Positions 49,615 through 58,336 of a stretch of DNA of 64,000 nt are shown piece by piece. The stretch lies in the NCBI GenBank assembly GCA_034723395.1, contig JAYEOW010000029.1, forward strand, positions 73,293 through 137,292, in the 5' to 3' direction. Position 1 is the stretch's first letter, and each line of letters opens with the position of its first letter. The notes under the pieces were generated by a model, which was given only the letters and a program-made list of their open reading frames with translations, was not told where the DNA came from and searched no databases. Both the position numbers and the translations under genes were made by a program. This DNA is from Candidatus Margulisiibacteriota bacterium (GTDB taxonomy: Bacteria > Margulisbacteria > WOR-1 > O2-12-FULL-45-9).

Positions 49615-52005
49615 TTACTGTTTGATCACGAGGATCTTACCTTTGGATATTAAGCTCTTGTTTTCCTCGTTAACGACTCTTAAGATATAGAGGCCATCGG
49701 CCACATGGTTACCGTTCATATCCTTTCCGTCCCAGGTTGTACTTACCTGATCGGAAGTTGTCTGGTGGTAGGCCAGGCGGGCGGTCGCATCGTAGATATA
49801 GATACCGATGACGGTTGCGTTAGTGTTGTAACCGATAGTCGCGGTATTATGGGTCGGATCTGCAGATCGCGGATTGAACGGGTTTGGATAGATGGTTGCG
49901 TTCCCGGTCGAAGACGAACCTGAGGTCACCTTAAAGGCGGCCGGGTTCGATTCGTAAGCCTGGATAGTTCCCTGCGCGATCGCTAATCTGATTACTTTCA
50001 GCGTATAGTCGCCAGCCGGCGCCAGTCTTGGGACGATCGCTTCGATCGAAGTATCGCTCCACGAAAGGACGTCGCACTGGTAACTGGTATGGGTAGTATT
50101 GTTTTCGAAGACCAGGACACTCTGGCCTTGAGAATTGCCGAATCCGGAACCGATACCGGTGAACTTGGTCCCTGCCGGTCCGGCATTCGGTTCGATCTGG
50201 GTAATGACCACTTCACTTTCGCCGGTCGGAACAACCGGTCCATCAGGGAAGTTTACAGTTCCCGCGTAGAAACTGTCGATATTCTGGTAGTTTGCGTTGG
50301 TCCCCTGCGACGGGTAGGAGAAACCGTAAGATACGATTTGGCTCCAATCGAGGGTTCCCTGGACGTTTGCAGGATCGTCGGCATCCCAAACGAGGGATGA
50401 TCCGGCAACCTGGATGGCGTGATAGCCAGCCTGGTTTAATGACATGTTAGAGACGCTCGCGGCGTAAACCACGTCGTTGGCATCTTTTAAGCTGAGCTTA
50501 ATGACGTTAGACGATCCGTCCCAGTTTACATAGAAGGTAAGGGTGTCGCTCGCGTAAGCGCTCAGGTCCAATCTATTTGATACCGAAGCTCCCCATCCGC
50601 CTCCCCAATCACTGGTGTAAGAGTAGAGGATATTCATCCCTCTTGACCCGTGAGAGGCTGCGGAGGCCTGCGGCCCGTCCGCGTTAATCGTGCTGTTATC
50701 CGGAGTTATTCCGGTCCCGTAGGTGTAGTATCCAGAGTCAGCCATCCCCTGGGCATAGCTGCCTACTGAACCGCCTTCGAAGTCATCGATGATAACTCCT
50801 CCGGCTGTAATAGTAATTGCTCCGTCGTCTGCCCCGATAACAACATTTCCAGAGGTTGCTCCGGATGGGACAGCGCAGGTGACAGAATTGTCGCTCCACG
50901 CGGTCGGGTTGGCAGTCGCGCCGCCGACGGTGATCGTTCCCGGATTTGCGCCAAAGCCTGATCCGGTGACGACGATAGTCTGGCCGACATAGGCATTGCT
51001 TGGTGTTACGGTAATTCCGCCGCCGCCGTTTTGGTTAACGGTAAAGGTTGCCGAACCTTGGGCGCCAGAAACTGTTATGGTTCTAGCGGTTAATGGAGCG
51101 GTTGCGTCGATAACAAAGTCGGCAGTTAGAGACGTTCCCGATCCACCCACGTTGCTAACAGTTATTCCGGTATCAGGGGCAACCGTTATAGTTTCGCCTC
51201 CGGTCCAAGTGGTGTTTGATCCGCTGATAGTTACAGGGACAGTAGCTCCCTGGTTTCCGCTGGTCGGGCTGATGCCGGTAACGGTAGGTTGAGCAGCAGT
51301 ACCAATATTTATTGATAATGCTTGAGTATCGGTTTGTGCTCCAGAATCTGAACACTGAACAGTAAAGTTTGATGTTCCAGTTCCGGTCGGTGTTCCAGAG
51401 ATCAATCCGCTAGAAGCATTTAAGCTTAATCCGGCCGGCAGAGATCCAGCAGAAATTGACCATGTATAAGGAGCTGTTCCGCCAGTTGCTGAAACGGAAC
51501 GACTATAGGATACTCCCTGAGTTCCGCCAGCTAAGCTGGTGGTAGTAATGTTAAGCGTAGTAACTCCGTATTGAGTAGTGGTTGAGAAAGCTGGGGGATT
51601 GTATCCACTCGGCAGCATGATAAATCCTGTGCCGACATTTTCTGGCGTACTTGTGCCATAATAGGCCCCGACGGGTGGAGTTCCGGTGCCATCCCAGTTT
51701 TCCCAGACGCGAATATAAACATAATTACCAGCGGTTATGTTTCTTATGCCCGAAAAACCGCCGCTAATTGTAACTCCGACTGGTGGTTCAATAACAGTAT
51801 CTCCTTGTGGAAGTCCGTTTGCGTCTGGTGCTCCAGCGTTTGCGTCAGCAGAGTCAATAACTTGTACATATGCCCCGGGTGCAATTGGCGTTCCAGAGTG
51901 GTTTGTTACATCGGTGGCAGTTACTGTAACAGAAGTCGCAAATGCCGCGCTTGCACAAAGGACCAACCCGACTGCAATCAATATTTTTGAGAATCTTTTT
52001 AACAT
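49615..52005 (-). CDS. Large surface adhesin with He_PIG and IPT/TIG-like Ig domains and a C-terminal T9SS-type/FlgD-Ig-like sorting domain
   Basis: LPAGLSLNASSGLISGTPTGTGTSNFTVQCSD matches He_PIG. C-terminal IYPNPFNP...IYIYDATARL...TWDGKDMNGNHVADGLYILRVV...KGKILVIKQ matches the Por_Secre_tail/FlgD_ig pattern. Confidence 0.85.
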   Translation of the reverse strand: MLKRFSKILIAVGLVLCASAAFATSVTVTATDVTNHSGTPIAPGAYVQVIDSADANAGAPDANGLPQGDTVIEPPVGVTISGGFSGIRNITAGNYVYIRVWENWDGTGTPPVGAYYGTSTPENVGTGFIMLPSGYNPPAFSTTTQYGVTTLNITTTSLAGGTQGVSYSRSVSATGGTAPYTWSISAGSLPAGLSLNASSGLISGTPTGTGTSNFTVQCSDSGAQTDTQALSINIGTAAQPTVTGISPTSGNQGATVPVTISGSNTTWTGGETITVAPDTGITVSNVGGSGTSLTADFVIDATAPLTARTITVSGAQGSATFTVNQNGGGGITVTPSNAYVGQTIVVTGSGFGANPGTITVGGATANPTAWSDNSVTCAVPSGATSGNVVIGADDGAITITAGGVIIDDFEGGSVGSYAQGMADSGYYTYGTGITPDNSTINADGPQASAASHGSRGMNILYSYTSDWGGGWGASVSNRLDLSAYASDTLTFYVNWDGSSNVIKLSLKDANDVVYAASVSNMSLNQAGYHAIQVAGSSLVWDADDPANVQGTLDWSQIVSYGFSYPSQGTNANYQNIDSFYAGTVNFPDGPVVPTGESEVVITQIEPNAGPAGTKFTGIGSGFGNSQGQSVLVFENNTTHTSYQCDVLSWSDTSIEAIVPRLAPAGDYTLKVIRLAIAQGTIQAYESNPAAFKVTSGSSSTGNATIYPNPFNPRSADPTHNTATIGYNTNATVIGIYIYDATARLAYHQTTSDQVSTTWDGKDMNGNHVADGLYILRVVNEENKSLISKGKILVIKQ

Positions 52006-52021
52006 TTCTATTTCCTCCCTT

Positions 52022-55000
52022 TTAGTATGGTCTTACCATGTTCCAATTGATTGAGCTCTGAACAGGTTCGGTTAGCATGTAACCTTTACCTGGGATCAAC
52101 TGTAATGTCGTTGGAGCAGCCAATGTTCCATCTAACCATGTTGCTGATTCGGTATGGACAGCGACGCCATCTACGCCGCCAATTGTGTCGGCGTTTGCGT
52201 CGAAATGATAAGCCATAGCTGCGACTGTCGGACTTGGGGCATAGGATGAGGCATTTAATCCAGCATTAACAATATCAACTGGTATTGGATAAGGGTTAGC
52301 CATCCAGTTGGCAGGCATGGAGGCCCCGCCATCTAAGGTGCGGTCGTAATCGGCTTCTCGGACCATACCTACAAGAGTGATAAATCTACTGGTCATCGTG
52401 AAATAACCATAGGTGTAACCAATTTCAATATCGGTAATTGGGCCTGTGGCGCCAGGATAAGTATCCCAAACACCACCAGAAAAGATCGATCCTTCGGTTA
52501 CGTTTTTGCCGATGTCGAAAGACATGATCATATCCGTATCCGCGGCCTGATTTCCTATTACGTTTTCAAGCGTGGTATCACTTAGCTCTAAAGGACTTGA
52601 GATGAAAAATCTTTCAATTTCGGTCCCAACCGCAATATCAAACTTCCCGGCCACATTGGTCTCCAGGTCGCTATCTTGCAGTGTATTTCCGGTAGGTATA
52701 ATTTTGTAGTATTCTGCGGTTCCTTGTCCAACCTGGTTTTGGATCGTTATGGAGCCAATTGTAACATTGGCCTGTTCCAAAGTCCAATCCGCGGCGGCAG
52801 TCGTAAAATACGAAGTATAGTTGCCATCCGTGTCGGTAGGGCAGGTCAATTTATAAACATCCACGCCGAGTCCCGGAGGGATCGTGTCCCAGGTAATAGT
52901 TATTCCAGAACCTGGATCATCGCCATCGCGGGTGATCTCGATATTTACGATCGGATCTCCGGCAGTAGAGCCGGTTTCAAAAGTAAACGGATTTGGCTGG
53001 GTGCCGGGGATCAAGGCGTGTCCGTTAGCCCCGTCTGCCGCAGTCACGTCAAATTCATATAAAGTATCGATAGCAAAAGGAGTATCGTGGACCAGCGTTA
53101 CCTGGGTAGGTGAATTCCACTCGGCAGCTCTCCATCCTGTTGGATCCGGATTGATCGAATAGGTAAAGGTTGCCGGGTTAATATCCTGGTTAAAGGTGAT
53201 AATAACTTCCTGGTTTAAGGTTACATCGGTTGAAGATTCAACCGGAGTAGTATTAATTATGTATGGAGCTAACTTGCTGGGATCGGTTGACGCCGTAAAA
53301 GTAAACTGGGTTGTGCCAGTTAAAGTTTCTGCCAGGGTGCTTTGCGCGCCGACATCAAATGTATATTCTGTGCCGACAGTGAATAGTTCACCGGCGTGAG
53401 GCAGGCTTGCCCGCGTATTCCCTTCGGTCCAGATAATGCCGTCAAAGTTCACGTTTGGCGTAATGTTCATGCTGAATGTGCTGGTGTCGACCGCGCGGTT
53501 GAACTTGATCGTGACCGGCGCGTTTAACGCGACATCCGTTTCGTTATTAGTCGGATAAGTCTCGGTGACCTGGAACTCTCCGCCGCCGGTGTTAATTACA
53601 AAGTCGGCAGGCCCGGTCCCCCCATTTCCGAGGCCGTCACCACCATAAGGGGTGGTAGGGACCATAAGGTTCCCATCATCGGCTACGGCCATCCATTCGT
53701 ATGCGCCGTCCGCTAGTCCGTCAAAAGTGATCCTTACCGTGGTCCCTGAAGGGACGGGATCGATAGAAATTCTGGTCGGGGGGTCCATCGTCTCCGCTAT
53801 CCGGTATCCGGCGCTTGGAATAATTTCGTCTCCATCCGGATCGATAACTGTGAACTCGACGATTACCGTATTATTATCTGTCTCTTCCCCTTTTTGGAGC
53901 ACAGTTGTCCCGTCATGCGCGTACTGCACCAGGTTTGTCGGATTATTGGGATATTGATTTCCGGCATAGATACTATAATCTTCAAAATTCCCGTCCGGGC
54001 TGTTGCTTAATCCCGCGTATTCCCCATTGTTGTCAACAGAGAGCCCGTCGGCCTTAATGGCGCTGGTTATCTCGGTCCCTGCTCCAGGGATACTGGAGGT
54101 ATTGATCCTGTATATTTTAGTGGTGTTTTCGCCGGCATCCTGCGCCTTTTTGAATACCACTTTGCTGCCGTCCCGGGTAACGTCAAAGGCATTCCATCCG
54201 TACGACCCGGAGACATCACAGGTGACATTTCCGACCAATGATTCGTCGGATGTGTTGTAAGCCTTCACGACAACATCATCGTAACCGTTGACCGCGGCAT
54301 AGAGCCGGTCGTTGCTGAACTTAAGATAAGTAGGGTAGGTAAGATCGGTGTTAATGACCTTCTCGTAAACCACAGTGTCGTTTACGTCTCCGTAGGTAAA
54401 GACGTAGATCTCTCCAGCCGAAACTTTACGGGAAAGATATACCTTGTACGAAGTGGCGCTGGTCGAAGTGACCGCGATATCATAAAGATTGGTCTTTCCA
54501 GCGAGATTAGTGATAACCGCTTTAACATAGGTGTCGTTTAAGGTATCGAAGATAAGCATTCTGCCGATACCCTGATCAGCGACAAAGAGGCGGTTGTTGC
54601 CGCCAACAGCCATTCCGGCAGGAGAAGATGCGGACGCCCAATAGGCGCCGGTCATCTCATTGACGGTCCCGGTAGGAATACCGGTAGAAGGGGTTAACCC
54701 ATGAGCCTGGACGGCAGAGTTTTTACCGTTGCTGATGCTTATATATAATGTATCCCCGTTTGGTGAAACGGCGAGCCCGTAACATTTGGAACCGGCCGGA
54801 AGTGGGATCGTGCCCGCGACAGTACCTTTCCATTCGTAAGGAATGGTCGCGGATTTCGCGTATATTTTAATTTGCGGGACTGAGTTGTCGACGATATAAA
54901 GCGTATCGGAGATCGGGTTGATCGCGCTTTTGGCGGGGGTAACCGCGGTAATTGCGTGAGCTGAAGCGCTAAGGCCGATCAGCAGGGCCGTTAAAAAGAG

Positions 55001-55030
55001 CAGATATTTAAAATACTTTTTTATCTTCAT
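52022..55030 (-). CDS. Secreted 1002-aa surface protein with beta-propeller-like repeats and Big/SbsA-type Ig domains
   Basis: Signal peptide MKIKKYFKYLLFLTALLIGLSASAHA. TPVESSTDVTLNQEVIITFNQDINPATF is SbsA_Ig-like. Confidence 0.8.
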   Translation of the reverse strand: MKIKKYFKYLLFLTALLIGLSASAHAITAVTPAKSAINPISDTLYIVDNSVPQIKIYAKSATIPYEWKGTVAGTIPLPAGSKCYGLAVSPNGDTLYISISNGKNSAVQAHGLTPSTGIPTGTVNEMTGAYWASASSPAGMAVGGNNRLFVADQGIGRMLIFDTLNDTYVKAVITNLAGKTNLYDIAVTSTSATSYKVYLSRKVSAGEIYVFTYGDVNDTVVYEKVINTDLTYPTYLKFSNDRLYAAVNGYDDVVVKAYNTSDESLVGNVTCDVSGSYGWNAFDVTRDGSKVVFKKAQDAGENTTKIYRINTSSIPGAGTEITSAIKADGLSVDNNGEYAGLSNSPDGNFEDYSIYAGNQYPNNPTNLVQYAHDGTTVLQKGEETDNNTVIVEFTVIDPDGDEIIPSAGYRIAETMDPPTRISIDPVPSGTTVRITFDGLADGAYEWMAVADDGNLMVPTTPYGGDGLGNGGTGPADFVINTGGGEFQVTETYPTNNETDVALNAPVTIKFNRAVDTSTFSMNITPNVNFDGIIWTEGNTRASLPHAGELFTVGTEYTFDVGAQSTLAETLTGTTQFTFTASTDPSKLAPYIINTTPVESSTDVTLNQEVIITFNQDINPATFTYSINPDPTGWRAAEWNSPTQVTLVHDTPFAIDTLYEFDVTAADGANGHALIPGTQPNPFTFETGSTAGDPIVNIEITRDGDDPGSGITITWDTIPPGLGVDVYKLTCPTDTDGNYTSYFTTAAADWTLEQANVTIGSITIQNQVGQGTAEYYKIIPTGNTLQDSDLETNVAGKFDIAVGTEIERFFISSPLELSDTTLENVIGNQAADTDMIMSFDIGKNVTEGSIFSGGVWDTYPGATGPITDIEIGYTYGYFTMTSRFITLVGMVREADYDRTLDGGASMPANWMANPYPIPVDIVNAGLNASSYAPSPTVAAMAYHFDANADTIGGVDGVAVHTESATWLDGTLAAPTTLQLIPGKGYMLTEPVQSSINWNMVRPY

Positions 55031-55033
55031 CGA

Positions 55034-56071
55034 TTATTCCCCCTGCGACAGATTGAGCGTGACCGACACCGGCGCGTAATAGGTGGCGTCGACCGCTGAT
55101 CTGGCGTCGATATAAACTTTGTAGCCGAACTCGACACCGGTCTCTCCGGTTTCGTTGCATACCGGAGGGATGTCAATGACATACGGAGCCATATTGCTCG
55201 CGTCTTCGGTGCAAACCGTGCCGATTCTTTGAGAATTCGAAGGGTCAAAACCTGGGTTGAGTAAGTCTTCCGGGCTGAAGTACCGGTTATCTTCGAAGTG
55301 TGTGGGTTCTCCATCAGCATAACATATCAGGTAGTAATATGCCAGGTATAGGGGGAGCCGGTTGTTGGCGTCATCCGGGCAAGACCAAAGCTTATCGTAT
55401 TCCGGGGTTTCGCATCCCGAAATTCCCCAGAGCTCACGGTTTTCATACTCTTCGGCGGTTAACATGCCGAGATTGATCAAACCGTCAAAACAACCCATCA
55501 CGATGTCAGGGCTGTCGATGATCCCGTTGCCGTCCCAGTCGATCTGGATAGCGAGCGGGTTGCTAGCGACCCTGATCTCGAGGTCAACACTTTGCAGGCC
55601 GGAGCCGACTAGACGGCCGGACCTTACTGCAAGTAATCCAGTTCCCTGGATAAGATCGGTTCCTGAACTTTCGATATGATCGACAAAACCGCTCCCGATA
55701 AATAAGTTGCCGCCATCATCGGTCGGGTGGGGGATCGATCCATCCATGACACCGCCGTCGCTGGGGTCCATTACATGTCCGTCGCCAATATGGTCGACAA
55801 TGTTGTCCCCTGACGCTCCGCCGCATCCCACGGCGCTGATCTCAGATTTGCTGGACCATATATCACTGACCCAGTTGATCGCTCTTTTGTAAAAGGGCTC
55901 TTCAGCCTTAAGTTTAAACGCGATAGAAGGCAGATCAATATTGGCGGCTGGTTTCGGCTCTGCGGCCGGCTCGTTTGCGATACACATTCCTTCGTCAGCG
56001 CTGTACTGCCCGACGACATCTCCGCTCCTTTTGCTCACCACATTGTAATTCATTGATAGATCGAAACTCAT
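55034..56071 (-). CDS. Signal-peptide-less protein (paralogue A): conserved ~100-aa N-terminal domain plus an EF-hand/dockerin-like Ca-binding loop
   Basis: Its N-terminus aligns with paralogue B at 61467..63068 (YN..Y.R.G.LV..Y...C...EP.APE...YKR..N.V...W.SKS...AVGCG). DWDGNGIIDSPD is an EF-hand loop. Strong RBS AAGGAGGA. Confidence 0.8.
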   Translation of the reverse strand: MSFDLSMNYNVVSKRSGDVVGQYSADEGMCIANEPAAEPKPAANIDLPSIAFKLKAEEPFYKRAINWVSDIWSSKSEISAVGCGGASGDNIVDHIGDGHVMDPSDGGVMDGSIPHPTDDGGNLFIGSGFVDHIESSGTDLIQGTGLLAVRSGRLVGSGLQSVDLEIRVASNPLAIQIDWDGNGIIDSPDIVMGCFDGLINLGMLTAEEYENRELWGISGCETPEYDKLWSCPDDANNRLPLYLAYYYLICYADGEPTHFEDNRYFSPEDLLNPGFDPSNSQRIGTVCTEDASNMAPYVIDIPPVCNETGETGVEFGYKVYIDARSAVDATYYAPVSVTLNLSQGE

Positions 56072-56118
56072 TTTGTTTCCTCCTTAATTAGGCCGTATGG
56101 CCGTTCTTACCTAATGTA

Positions 56119-56146
56119 TTATCGATACCTTTTGGCAATAATTTCA
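56119..56146 (-). promoter_or_regulatory. Sigma-28 (FliA/SigD)-like promoter TGAAATTA-N12-ATCGATAA
   Basis: Matches the motif consensus. Upstream of the paralogue A operon. Confidence 0.5.
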
Positions 56147-56164
56147 CTTTTCGGGCAAATCGTA

Positions 56165-58336
56165 TCAGGTCTTTTTTCCGGCATTCGGGTTTAATGTGTT
56201 TATGTCATTTACTCCCAGGTAATCGAGTATATCTTTTGCCCCTTTTGCAAGCCTTAGCGCCGTTTGCTGCATATCCCAGGCTGTTTGCCCGAGCCGCGCG
56301 TCGATCTTATCGGCATTAGCGATTATTTTTTCCGCTTGTGCTGAAACTTTTTCGGTCTCCAAAGATAACATCCGCATACCGTCTTTAACGCTGCCGGGTT
56401 TGCTGGCCGGATCGATATCCTGAAGAATGGTTGCCATGTCTGTAAAAATTCGCTTTTTTTCTGCCTCGTATTTGGAGCTAAGCGATGCACGGCTGCTGTC
56501 TAATAATCTTTGGGTTATTCCCAATCGTTTTTCTTTCATGGTTATGAGTCGGGAATTTTTGTCTGGATCGGAGCTCAGTTCAGCGATCTCTTTTTTAAGG
56601 CTGTCCACGGTTTGCCCTAGTTCCGGTATGTTTTCGTCTTTGGCTAAAGCATTTTTATACCATTTATCTAACTGGTCAAGCTGGAATTTAAAAGACATCC
56701 TTGCGCCTTCGATGGTCTCTTTTAGGGCGTCGGTTTCGGAGGCAAGGTTACCAAGGGCATGGGCTCGGGCCATAAGGTCCCGGTTTTTTGCCCTGAGCGC
56801 ATCAGCAGTTTTGCCTTCGGCGGCTTCTTTTGCGGCAGTTGCCTGACCAAGATCATGTTCGGCGACCTGCAGAGCGGTTTTGAGGTCGACGACTTGATTG
56901 CGGGCAATTTTTAGTTTCGCTTCCAGCGAAGCGGTCGCCTCTCTAATAGCCGCCTGCGTATCTACTATTTTTGCCGCTTCGTTTATTGCTCCTGACGGAA
57001 ACGTCTTTGTCGCGCTCGATCCTGTTTCTACCTTGATACCCATTTCATCGACTCCATGAATCTTTTCCTTTTCGAAAAGGAAAAGGGTAATATTATCTTT
57101 TGAGGTTAAAACTGCTTTATTCATTAATTCTCGCGCGGTTTCGGCGACCGGCGATAATTTATTTTCGGTCAATATTTCTTTTATCCTTTTAAACGTCATT
57201 TCCTGCAGGCCGTCAGAAAGGACCAGGAAACGGTCCCCTTCCTTGATTGCCACTTCTGTGACAGTGATATCAATTTCATCCTTTCCCAGGGATTGAAGAA
57301 TAACGTTAGCCCTGAGGTTGTTTTTTCCGGCATCGAGCTTTTTAAGATAATCCTCTCCGTATGGGGCTCTTGTATCTTTTTCTCCGCTCTTTTCCTCTAC
57401 TTCGAGGCGTGCTAATCCTCCTATTACTGAATCGGGGGCGGTCAGGAGCTCCAATTCCCCGCCATATTTCGAACGAACGATCAAGCTGTCCCCGATATGC
57501 GCGACGCGGGCGCTCTTTTCGCCGATCTCAAGGATCGCCAATGTGGTATCGGGACAATGTGCTTCATGCGGAGCATAGCCGTACTCAGTTTTATATGAGG
57601 TTTTAAAATCAGAAATGTATTTTCTTAGTCCTTTGCTGGCGGCATCGACAATATTGGGCAGATCTAATCCATTTTCGATCGCGAGCATGGCCGCGGAAAG
57701 GGCGATATCCGAAGCGACCTCTCCATTTGCCGCTCCGCCCACGCCGTCGGCGACCAGGAGATATTTTTTTCCGTTCGCTTCAACATAAGCCATTCCATCC
57801 TGATTATTTTTCCTTCCGCCTACATTAGTGATGCCGTATATTCCTTTGTCCGATAGGTCTATCTCTCCGTTTTTTATGCCGCCGGAGCGGATGTCACAGT
57901 TGGGAAGGCGGGCATATAGTTCACCTATCAGTTCCTCTATTGCCTTATCTTCATGTCCGATCCAGTTTCGGGCGGCCACAAAGATATGCACGGGTTGCTC
58001 ATAACTCTCCTGCGCAAGCAATGCCCTTAGGGCTTTTTTGGTGCTTTCCGGATTACCGTTTTCAAGTACCTTTATTTGCGCTTCTTCGGGGCGGGGAGGG
58101 GGAATGTTCGCAGGTTTTTCCGCGGGCAGCTTCATTAATGCTAATGTGAGTTGTCCTTGTAATGCAAGGGCCTCCATTTTTATTTTCCCGTCAACTTGCG
58201 CCTGTCCCAATGCGATCGGCTGGATAACATTTTGTAGAAGTTTTGCGAGAGGGCCCCTCCACCTTGCTTGTGGTATTGTTTTTTTCCTGATGTTGCGCAA
58301 GTGGGCTAAAGTTATTTTTCCAAAATTAACAGGCAT
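56165..58336 (-). CDS. PP2C-family Ser/Thr phosphatase with a long C-terminal coiled coil
   Basis: LVADGVGGAANGEVASDIALSAA is the PPM motif. Its start overlaps the kinase stop. Confidence 0.85.
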   Translation of the reverse strand: MPVNFGKITLAHLRNIRKKTIPQARWRGPLAKLLQNVIQPIALGQAQVDGKIKMEALALQGQLTLALMKLPAEKPANIPPPRPEEAQIKVLENGNPESTKKALRALLAQESYEQPVHIFVAARNWIGHEDKAIEELIGELYARLPNCDIRSGGIKNGEIDLSDKGIYGITNVGGRKNNQDGMAYVEANGKKYLLVADGVGGAANGEVASDIALSAAMLAIENGLDLPNIVDAASKGLRKYISDFKTSYKTEYGYAPHEAHCPDTTLAILEIGEKSARVAHIGDSLIVRSKYGGELELLTAPDSVIGGLARLEVEEKSGEKDTRAPYGEDYLKKLDAGKNNLRANVILQSLGKDEIDITVTEVAIKEGDRFLVLSDGLQEMTFKRIKEILTENKLSPVAETARELMNKAVLTSKDNITLFLFEKEKIHGVDEMGIKVETGSSATKTFPSGAINEAAKIVDTQAAIREATASLEAKLKIARNQVVDLKTALQVAEHDLGQATAAKEAAEGKTADALRAKNRDLMARAHALGNLASETDALKETIEGARMSFKFQLDQLDKWYKNALAKDENIPELGQTVDSLKKEIAELSSDPDKNSRLITMKEKRLGITQRLLDSSRASLSSKYEAEKKRIFTDMATILQDIDPASKPGSVKDGMRMLSLETEKVSAQAEKIIANADKIDARLGQTAWDMQQTALRLAKGAKDILDYLGVNDINTLNPNAGKKT

